A stretch of DNA of 64,000 nucleotides, taken from the NCBI GenBank assembly GCA_963763485.1, contig CAVXOW010000008.1, positions 121,464 through 185,463 on the forward strand, given 5' to 3'. Each line of letters starts with the position of its first letter. Within the stretch, counting starts at the first letter, position 1. The notes beneath the pieces were generated by a model. The model was not told the DNA's origin. It ran no database searches and worked only from the letters and a program-made list of their open reading frames with translations. Below, one piece after another: positions 57,717 through 64,000 of the stretch. The translations under genes were made by a program, and so were the position numbers. Origin of the DNA: an uncultured Alphaproteobacteria bacterium. GTDB taxonomy: Bacteria > Pseudomonadota > Alphaproteobacteria > Rhizobiales > Xanthobacteraceae.

Positions 57717-57750
57717 CTGCCCTCGGCTCAAACCGGGGGCAGAACTTTTT
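57717..57750 (+). terminator. terminator-like hairpin after the sigma factor gene
   Basis: CTGCCCTCGG-CTCAAA-CCGGGGGCAG (one mismatch) followed by AACTTTTT. Confidence 0.45.
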
Positions 57751-57874
57751 GGCGGGCCGAAACACAAATCCCGCCCCGACGAAACCAATGAAACAATCGA
57801 CGAAATCATCCTGAAAAAGCCTGGCCCTACGGTCCAATCCAACAAAACGGCGCAAGACTTAAAGGGGACCGTCA

Positions 57875-58069
57875 ATGATCAAGCTTCGCTTCCTGCTCAT
57901 CCCGCTGGGTGCAGTCGCCACGATCGCCGCGCTCGCGACCCAGACCGCTTCCCACGCCACCACCCGCGAGCCGGTCGTTGCCGTGATGACCGAACAGGTC
58001 GTCACCTGCACCGACGAGAACCGCAACACCGTCGACATCTGCATCGTCGCCGACAGCGTTTCGCACTGA
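57875..58069 (+). CDS. small exported peptide with two cysteines
   Basis: 64 aa, RBS AAAGGGGA. The signal peptide MIKLRFLLIPLGAVATIAALATQTASHA precedes a 36-aa mature part containing TCTDENRNTVDIC. A strong terminator follows. Confidence 0.45.
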   Translation: MIKLRFLLIPLGAVATIAALATQTASHATTREPVVAVMTEQVVTCTDENRNTVDICIVADSVSH

Positions 58070-58103
58070 TTTCATTCTCCAAGCCATTTAAACCTCCCCA
58101 CGA

Positions 58104-58141
58104 AGCCCGGCGGATGCCCCCCGCCGGGCTTTTGGTTTTTT
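58104..58141 (+). terminator. rho-independent terminator
   Basis: AGCCCGGCGG-ATGCCCC-CCGCCGGGCT followed by TTTGGTTTTTT. Confidence 0.8.
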
Positions 58142-58323
58142 GGCGAAGTCGAATGCCGCGGCGCGCGCGCATCCTTCCCCGCTCCGCAGGGCAGGATGGC
58201 AAACGGCCTCACGCCGTCGTGACAAGATCTTTCTGAAGGCCCGTAACAGACGGCCGTCTCCGGCGAAGCTTCAGAGGGTGGCAACCGTCGCCTAACGGAC
58301 ACGCTTTCGAGGAGATCCAAACC

Positions 58324-58647
58324 ATGACCAACCGCATTGCGCTCATCCTGTCGGCGGCGACGCTTTCTCTCGGCCTCGCGCTCGCGCCCACCGCGTTCGC
58401 CCAGGACGCCACGAAGAAGGACACCATGTCGAAAGACTCGATGTCCAAGGACTCCATGTCGAAGGACTCGATGAAAAAGGACAGCATGTCCAAGGATTCG
58501 ATGTCGAAGGACAGCATGAAGAAGGATTCGATGTCCAAAGACGCGATGAAGAAGGATGATGGCATGAAGAAAGATGATGCCATGAAAAAGGACGACGGCA
58601 TGAAGAAGGACACGATGTCCAAGGATGCCATGAAGAAGACGAACTGA
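58324..58647 (+). CDS. exported Met-rich pentapeptide-repeat protein (MXKDX repeats)
   Basis: 107 aa. The signal peptide ends TAFA-QD. The mature ~80 aa consist almost entirely of M-(S/K)-K-D-(S/T/A/D) units (KDSMSKDSMSKDSMKKDSM...), with 14 Met. Confidence 0.8.
   Translation: MTNRIALILSAATLSLGLALAPTAFAQDATKKDTMSKDSMSKDSMSKDSMKKDSMSKDSMSKDSMKKDSMSKDAMKKDDGMKKDDAMKKDDGMKKDTMSKDAMKKTN
58411..58638 (+). repeat. in-frame 15-nt tandem repeat (ATG-xxx-AAR-GAY-xxx) with a few 18-nt variants, coding for the MXKDX units
   Basis: About 14 consecutive units can be read directly in the sequence, for example ATGTCGAAAGACTCG ATGTCCAAGGACTCC ATGTCGAAGGACTCG ATGAAAAAGGACAGC. Confidence 0.85.
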
Positions 58648-58735
58648 CCTTTTCGTCGCCCGCGGCAGGCCCGACGGCGACTGCGCCGGGCCTGCGCCAT
58701 CCCGCATAGTGCGGCCCAATTCCAGCAGACGCCAA

Positions 58736-59434
58736 ATGCCTGACCTTCTGCTCGCGCTGCTTGCCGGCGTCGTGACCATTGCTGCGCCCTGTACACTGCC
58801 GGTGCTGCCGATCCTGCTCGGCGCCTCGATCGGTCAACGTGGCCGGGCACGGCCGGCCCTGATTGCGCTGGGCTTTGTGATTTCGTTCGCCTTCGTTGCG
58901 CTGGCGCTGAATGCGATCGCCACCGCCTTCAAGTTCGATCCGGAGGTGTTGCGCACCACGGGGCTCGTCCTGCTCGCGATCTTTGGCGCACTGATGCTGT
59001 TTCCAGCGGCGTTCGAGCGACTGGCGCCGCAGCTCGCAGGCGCCGCCGTGATCGCGTCGCGGCCGGGTTTCGCTGCTCGCCCCAATCTCGGCGGCTTCGT
59101 GCTCGGCACCACGCTGGGCCTGGTCTGGACGCCCTGTGCCGGCCCGGTGCTCGGCGCCATCCTGACCGCGGTCGCGACGTCGCCCGATCACAAGCGCGCC
59201 GCCAGCCTGCTGGTCACCTACGCGATCGGCGCGGCCCTGCCGATGCTGGCAATCGCTTACGGCGGACAGGCGATTTCAACGCAGCTGCGCCGTGTCGCGC
59301 CCTATGCCGCGCGCCTGCAACAGGGCTTTGGCGTGATTGTCATCGCCTTCGTAACCAGCGCTTTCCTGCAATACGACGCCATCGCTCTCGCGTGGCTCGG
59401 CCAGTTCTTCCCCGAAGGCCGCATCGGCCTCTGA
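58736..59434 (+). CDS. cytochrome c biogenesis protein CcdA / DsbD transmembrane-domain family thiol-disulfide transporter
   Basis: The ORF 58709..59434 is trimmed to the ATG at 58736. It is polytopic, with the two conserved Cys contexts AAPCTLPVLP and WTPCAGPVLG. Confidence 0.8.
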   Translation: MPDLLLALLAGVVTIAAPCTLPVLPILLGASIGQRGRARPALIALGFVISFAFVALALNAIATAFKFDPEVLRTTGLVLLAIFGALMLFPAAFERLAPQLAGAAVIASRPGFAARPNLGGFVLGTTLGLVWTPCAGPVLGAILTAVATSPDHKRAASLLVTYAIGAALPMLAIAYGGQAISTQLRRVAPYAARLQQGFGVIVIAFVTSAFLQYDAIALAWLGQFFPEGRIGL

Positions 59435-59449
59435 CGCAAGGAGATCAAG

Positions 59450-60004
59450 ATGATCGGATCACGCAGAACACTTCTCACGACACTCGCCGGGCTTGCCGCT
59501 GTCGCCTTCGCCGCGCCTGTGCTGGCGGGTGATGCCGGCACGCCGGTCCAGCTTGCCGCAGCCAACGCCGCAGCACCCAACTTCGTCGGCATCAGCAAGT
59601 GGTTCAACTCAGGCCCGCTCTCGATCAGCGACCTGCGCGGCAAGGTGGTGCTGGTCGATTTCTGGACCTACGGTTGCTACAACTGCGTCAATACCCTGCC
59701 CTATGTGACGAAGCTCTACGAGACCTACAAGGACAAAGGGTTGGTGGTGGTCGGCATCCACACGCCGGAATTTCCGTTCGAACGCTCGCCGGCCAATGTG
59801 CAGGCGGCGCTGAAGCGGCACGGCATCAGCTATCCGGTCGGCCAGGACAACAACTCCGCCACCTGGGATGCCTGGCGCAACCAGTATTGGCCGGCGCAAT
59901 ACATCGTCGACCAGAACGGCAACATCGTCTTCAGCCACGCCGGCGAAGGCCAGTATGACGAGATCGAGCGCACGGTGCGTCGGCTGCTGAACGCAACAAG
60001 CTGA
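59450..60004 (+). CDS. thioredoxin-like (redoxin/DipZ C-terminal-like) protein with a twin-arginine-type signal
   Basis: 184 aa. The N-terminus MIGSRRTLLTTLAGLAAVAFAAPVLA contains SRRTLL. The CxxC motif is FWTYGCYNC, in a thioredoxin-fold context (VVGIHTPEFPFE, YWPAQYIVD). Confidence 0.8.
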   Translation: MIGSRRTLLTTLAGLAAVAFAAPVLAGDAGTPVQLAAANAAAPNFVGISKWFNSGPLSISDLRGKVVLVDFWTYGCYNCVNTLPYVTKLYETYKDKGLVVVGIHTPEFPFERSPANVQAALKRHGISYPVGQDNNSATWDAWRNQYWPAQYIVDQNGNIVFSHAGEGQYDEIERTVRRLLNATS

Positions 60005-60043
60005 GTCACGCGATAGCACACGCGCGAAGAACGCATCCGCTCA

Positions 60044-60172
60044 CATCGTCATGGCCGGCATAGCCGTTCGAAGAACGGCGTCGCTTCGCTCGCCTAGTCC
60101 CGCCATCCACGTCTTGTGGTTACGCGACTTTGACGACGTGGATGCCCGGCACAACGCCGGGCATGACGATGG
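60044..60172. repeat. MITE-like ~130-bp element with terminal inverted repeats CATCGTCATGGCCGGCA..GCCGGGCATGACGATG
   Basis: The terminal arms are imperfect inverted copies. There is an internal hairpin CCACGTCTTGTGG..CGACGTGGATG. It belongs to a repeat family I recall as common in Bradyrhizobium/Rhodopseudomonas intergenic DNA. Confidence 0.5.
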
Positions 60173-60279
60173 CGTGAAGCCTGCGATCAAATCACATATC
60201 CGGCATGCCGCGCGCTGGCTTAATCCAATGCGCGTGCTAACTATCTCGTCCGTGGGATAACGCAGACGGACGCCGGGCC

Positions 60280-61626
60280 ATGTTCGCTGCCATCGACGCT
60301 GTAGCTCTGGCACGCGCGCAGTTCGCGTTCACGATGACGTTTCACATCGTGTTCCCGGCGTTCTCGATCGGGCTCGCAAGCTATCTCGCGGTGCTCGAAG
60401 TGCTGTGGCTGTGGACCGGCCGCGCCGTGTTCCTCGACCTGTTCAAATACTGGCTGAAGATCTTCGCCATTGCGTTCGGCATGGGCGTCGTCTCCGGCAT
60501 CGTGATGTCCTACCAGTTCGGCACCAACTGGTCGGTTTTCTCCGACAAGACCGGTCCGGTGATCGGCCCGTTGATGGCCTATGAGGTGTTGACTGCGTTC
60601 TTCCTCGAGGCCGGATTTCTCGGGGTCATGCTGTTCGGCATGGAGCGGGTCGGCCGCACCTTGCATTTTGTCGCAACACTGATGGTCGCGATCGGCACGC
60701 TGATCTCGGCATTCTGGATTCTCTCGGCGAATTCCTGGATGCAGACGCCGGCGGGCTACACCATCACCGCGGATGGCCAGTTCTATCCCGCCGACTGGCT
60801 CGCCGTGATCTTCAACCCGTCGTTTCCCTATCGCCTCGTGCACATGGTGCTCGCAGCTTACTTGACAACGGCGCTTGTGGTCGGTGCGACCGGCGCGTTT
60901 CATCTGTTGCGCGACTACGCCAACGAAGCCGCCCGCGTGATGTTCTCGATGGCGATGTGGATGGCTGTGCTGGTGGCGCCCATCCAGATCATCGCCGGCG
61001 ACCAGCACGGCCTCAACACGCTCGAACATCAGCCGGTGAAGATCATGGCGATGGAGGGCCATTTCGAAAGCCATCCCGACGGCGCGCCGCTGATCCTGTT
61101 CGGCTGGCCGAACCAGGAGGCCGCGCGCGTCGACTATGCGCTCGAAATCCCGAAGGCCGGCTCGCTGGTGCTGAAGCACTCGCTCGACGCGCCGCTCAAA
61201 GGTCTCGACAGCGTGCCGCGCGAGAACTGGCCCAATGTGCTGCTGCCGTTCTGGGGTTTTCGCATCATGGTCGGAGCCGGGCTGCTGATGCTGCTGCTCG
61301 GCGTTGTCAGCCTGTACCATCGCTGGCACGGCAGCCTTTACGAATCGACGCTGCTGCACTGGTTTGCGCTGCTGATGGGGCCAATGGGATTTGTCGCCGT
61401 CATCGCCGGCTGGTTCGTCACAGAAACCGGGCGGCAACCGTTCACGGTCTACGGCCTGCTGCGTACCGCCGAATCCGCGTCGCCGTTGGCCTTACCTGCC
61501 GTGGCCTCATCGCTTGCTGCGTTCGCGATCGTCTATTTCACGGTGTTCGCGATCGGCGTGTTCTACCTGCTCAAGGCGATGGCGACGCCGCCGCATCGCG
61601 GCGAGGAAGGACCGGACACGGCATGA
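60280..61626 (+). CDS. cydA: cytochrome bd-type ubiquinol oxidase subunit I (short Q-loop / CIO-like length)
   Basis: 448 aa. It begins MFAAIDAVALARAQFAFTMTFHIVFPAFSIGLA and contains the GRQPF motif (TETGRQPFTVYG). Confidence 0.9.
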   Translation: MFAAIDAVALARAQFAFTMTFHIVFPAFSIGLASYLAVLEVLWLWTGRAVFLDLFKYWLKIFAIAFGMGVVSGIVMSYQFGTNWSVFSDKTGPVIGPLMAYEVLTAFFLEAGFLGVMLFGMERVGRTLHFVATLMVAIGTLISAFWILSANSWMQTPAGYTITADGQFYPADWLAVIFNPSFPYRLVHMVLAAYLTTALVVGATGAFHLLRDYANEAARVMFSMAMWMAVLVAPIQIIAGDQHGLNTLEHQPVKIMAMEGHFESHPDGAPLILFGWPNQEAARVDYALEIPKAGSLVLKHSLDAPLKGLDSVPRENWPNVLLPFWGFRIMVGAGLLMLLLGVVSLYHRWHGSLYESTLLHWFALLMGPMGFVAVIAGWFVTETGRQPFTVYGLLRTAESASPLALPAVASSLAAFAIVYFTVFAIGVFYLLKAMATPPHRGEEGPDTA

Positions 61627-61683
61627 ACCGGCGCGCGCGGCCGGCATCACGCCGCTGCCGGGTGTGAGCGGAGGTGGGCACCG

Positions 61684-62688
61684 ATGACGATCGACCTTCC
61701 CACCATCTGGGCTTTCATCATCGCGTTTGCGGTGTTCGCCTATGTCGTGATGGACGGCTTTGATCTCGGCCTCGGTCTGCTGTTTCCGTTTTTTCGCGAC
61801 CACCGCGATCGCGACGTCATCATGAATTCGGTGGCGCCGGTTTGGGATGGCAACGAGACGTGGCTGGTGCTGGGTGGCGGCGGTTTGATGGCGGCGTTTC
61901 CCCTCGCCTATGCCGTGGTGATGCCGGCGCTGTACACGCCTGTCATCGCGATGCTGCTCGGGCTGGTATTTCGCGGGGTCGCCTTCGAGTTTCGCTGGAA
62001 AGCGCGGCGCGAGGGCAACTTCTGGGACATTGCGTTCGCAGCGGGATCGCTGCTGGCATCACTCACGCAAGGCATCGCGCTCGGCGCGATCCTGCAGGGT
62101 GTGAAGGTGTCGGGCCGCGCCTATGCCGGCGGCTGGTGGGACTGGCTCACGCCGTTCACGGTGCTGACCGGCGCCGCCTTGGTCGTCGGTTACGCCCTGC
62201 TGGGCGCGACCTGGCTGATCATGAAGACGTCGGGCGATCTCCGTGAACGCGCCTACGTGTTGAGCTGGCGATTGCTCTTCGCGACGCTGATCGGGCTGGT
62301 CGCGGTGAGCATCGCAACGCCGTTCCTGCACATCGACTACTGGCATCGCTGGTTCACCTGGCCCAGCATTCTCTACGCCGCGCCGGTGCCGATCCTGGTT
62401 GCTGCGATCGCGCTGGCGCTGCTGCGCAGCCTCGAGCGGCGGCAGGATGTTCGCCCGTTCGTCCTGACGCTGGCGCTGTTCGCGCTGACCTATGCCGGCC
62501 TTGGCATCAGCATGTATCCGTTCATCGTGCCGCAGAGCATCACGATCTGGCAGGCGGCGGCGCCGGCCAAGAGCCAGCTGTTCATGCTGGTCGGCGTGGT
62601 GATCCTGATCCCGATGATCCTCGCCTATACCGCGTTCGCCTACTGGGTGTTCCGCGGCAAGGTCGACCCGCAAGCCGGATATCACTGA
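61684..62688 (+). CDS. cydB: cytochrome bd-type ubiquinol oxidase subunit II
   Basis: 334 aa, polytopic. It contains WAFIIAFAVFAYVVMDGFDLGLG and VWDGNETWLV. Confidence 0.9.
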   Translation: MTIDLPTIWAFIIAFAVFAYVVMDGFDLGLGLLFPFFRDHRDRDVIMNSVAPVWDGNETWLVLGGGGLMAAFPLAYAVVMPALYTPVIAMLLGLVFRGVAFEFRWKARREGNFWDIAFAAGSLLASLTQGIALGAILQGVKVSGRAYAGGWWDWLTPFTVLTGAALVVGYALLGATWLIMKTSGDLRERAYVLSWRLLFATLIGLVAVSIATPFLHIDYWHRWFTWPSILYAAPVPILVAAIALALLRSLERRQDVRPFVLTLALFALTYAGLGISMYPFIVPQSITIWQAAAPAKSQLFMLVGVVILIPMILAYTAFAYWVFRGKVDPQAGYH

Positions 62689-62825
62689 TGGCGGCAGGCA
62701 ACACGCGCAACAGGCTAGAGCCGCCACTGCTGCGGCGGCTCGCATGGTTCGTGCTGCTGTGGCTCGGCGGCGTCGCCAGCGTTGCCGTTGTCAGCGTGGT
62801 GCTGCGGTACTGGCTGCATCCGTAG
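62688..62825 (+). CDS. small membrane protein downstream of cydB (DUF2474-like)
   Basis: 45 aa, MAAGNTRNRLEPPLLRRLAWFVLLWLGGVASVAVVSVVLRYWLHP. Its ATG overlaps the cydB stop (TGATG). It has a single TM helix. It is absent from the ORF track because it is under 60 aa. Family assignment is from memory. Confidence 0.5.
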   Translation: MAAGNTRNRLEPPLLRRLAWFVLLWLGGVASVAVVSVVLRYWLHP

Positions 62826-62842
62826 ATCGGACGTCGGCCGAC

Positions 62843-63982
62843 TCAATAGCTCCGCATCAGTGCGAGTTGCTCGCCCTGATAGTTCGAATCGCCGAACAGC
62901 TCCTGGCAGACCCGCATCCGCTTCATGAACAGGCCGATGTCGAACTGGTCGGTCATGCCGATGCCGCCATGCATCTGCAGCGCTTCCTGCACCGCGAGCG
63001 TGCCGGTGGTGCCGGCGCGCGCCTTGGCGACCGCCACCATGCCGCTGGCGTTGTCGTAGTCCTCGTCGAGCGACTGCAGCGCCTTCAGGATCGCCGCGCG
63101 CGTCACCTCGATGTCGACATAGAGGTGCGAGATGCGGTGCTGCAGCGCCTGAAATTCACCGATCAACTTGCCGAACTGCTTGCGCTCCTTCAGGTACTGC
63201 GCGGTGCGGCTGAACGCCTCGTCGGCCACCCCAAGCATTTCGCTTGCGACCACCGCACGACCGGCATTGAGCACGCCGTCGAGAAGCTTGTGGCCCTGAT
63301 CGACCTCGCCGAGCACGCTGTCGGCGGTCAGTTCGACATTGGAGAAATTGAGCCGCGCTGCGTTGTGGGCATCGACCATGATGGTGCGTTCGATCGCGAC
63401 GCCCTTGGCCTTCGGGTTGACCAGGAACAGGGTAACGCCGTTGCGATCATTGTCGGCGCCCGCGGTGCGCGCGGCGACGACGAGCACATCGGCGACGTGG
63501 CCATCGACGACGAAGCCCTTGGCGCCATTGAGGCGGAAGCCGTTGCCAGAACGCTCGGCCTTGAGCCTGATGGTCTGCGGCCGGTGCTTTGCGCCTTCGT
63601 CGATCGCGAGCGCGCCGATCAACGCACCCTCGGCGATCTTCGGCAAGTGCTCCGCCTTCTGCGCTTTGCTGCCGCCGCGCGCGATGGCCGATGCTGTCAG
63701 TACGGCTGAAGCAAGGAATGGCGACGGCAACAGCGTGTGGCCGATTTCCTCGGCGACAATGCCGGCCTCGACATGGCCGAGACCCGAGCCGCCGAACTCC
63801 TCCGGCACGAGCAGGCCGCAAAAACCCATCTCGGCAAAAGTCTTCCACATCTCCGGCGAATAGCCGCGGGCGTCGTTGTCATCCCGCAGCTTGCGGAAAT
63901 GGGCGATCGGCGCCTTGTCGGTGATCAGGTTGCGCGCGCTGTCGCGCAGCAGGGTTTGTTCTTCGTTCAGAACGAGGGCCAT
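62843..63982 (-). CDS. acyl-CoA dehydrogenase family protein
   Basis: 379 aa with ACAD motifs (QFGKLIGEFQALQHR, MHGGIGMTDQF). Confidence 0.9.
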   Translation of the reverse strand: MALVLNEEQTLLRDSARNLITDKAPIAHFRKLRDDNDARGYSPEMWKTFAEMGFCGLLVPEEFGGSGLGHVEAGIVAEEIGHTLLPSPFLASAVLTASAIARGGSKAQKAEHLPKIAEGALIGALAIDEGAKHRPQTIRLKAERSGNGFRLNGAKGFVVDGHVADVLVVAARTAGADNDRNGVTLFLVNPKAKGVAIERTIMVDAHNAARLNFSNVELTADSVLGEVDQGHKLLDGVLNAGRAVVASEMLGVADEAFSRTAQYLKERKQFGKLIGEFQALQHRISHLYVDIEVTRAAILKALQSLDEDYDNASGMVAVAKARAGTTGTLAVQEALQMHGGIGMTDQFDIGLFMKRMRVCQELFGDSNYQGEQLALMRSY

Positions 63983-64000
63983 CTTTGGAAATCCGTTTTT

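Noticed and set aside
58411-58638. A regular 15-nt periodicity that could be mistaken for a CRISPR-like or satellite array.
   Set aside because: The units are contiguous with no spacers, far shorter than CRISPR repeats, and in frame within an ORF that has a signal peptide. It is a coding pentapeptide repeat. No cas genes are present.
60173-60279. An FNR/FixK-type box upstream of the cytochrome bd operon.
   Set aside because: The best candidate, around GCGATCAA, has a left half with two or more mismatches. Nothing comparable to the four reported boxes is present.

Overview
This is a high-GC chromosomal window that looks alpha-proteobacterial (Bradyrhizobium/Rhodopseudomonas-like), judged from gene content and characteristic intergenic palindromic repeats. 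No database search was possible.

Layout:
- 0-3.6 kb: GST fragment, glpK, an SDR and a hypothetical gene.
- 3.7-11.4 kb, minus strand: a pim-like dicarboxylate/fatty-acid beta-oxidation operon (FadB-like, CoA ligase, two acyl-CoA dehydrogenases, SDR) with no thiolase.
- 11.5-24.6 kb: a divergent IclR regulator and one Liv-type ABC importer, followed by six tandem paralogous solute-binding proteins.
- 24.8-35.4 kb: a RidA/alpha-beta-hydrolase fusion coupled to a MOFRL glycerate kinase, MarR plus a second Liv-type ABC system with a fused permease-ATPase, a GYD protein, a frameshifted amidase and a DUF3237-like gene.
- 35.4-41.4 kb: a visibly lower-GC block (OsmC-like, CDF exporter, thiolase, AhpD/CMD-like, orphan arsA).
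- 41.4-47 kb: tandem-USP, beta-CASP MBL hydrolase (frameshifted), long thymidine/AMP-phosphorylase-like protein, PRPP-synthetase-like protein and a HAD hydrolase.
- 47.6-50.9 kb: exbB-exbD-tonB and a ugpB-like binding-protein gene, all riddled with single-nucleotide frame changes.
- 51.2-56.8 kb: an orphan TRAP DctP-like binding protein, a 1259-aa sensor with two complete histidine-kinase cores flanking a receiver and a GAF-like domain, and an OmpR-type regulator.
- 57-60 kb: ECF sigma factor, a small two-Cys exported peptide, a Met-rich MXKDX pentapeptide-repeat exported protein, CcdA/DsbD-like protein and a Tat-signal thioredoxin-like protein.
- 60.3-64 kb: short-type cytochrome bd oxidase with a small downstream membrane ORF, and an acyl-CoA dehydrogenase.

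Four FNR/FixK-type boxes sit 61-69 nt (box end to start codon) upstream of start codons between 35.7 and 51.2 kb.

I saw no rRNA, tRNA, CRISPR array, IS element, integrase or phage genes.

Many long ORFs in the track are antisense or out-of-frame artefacts of the high GC content.
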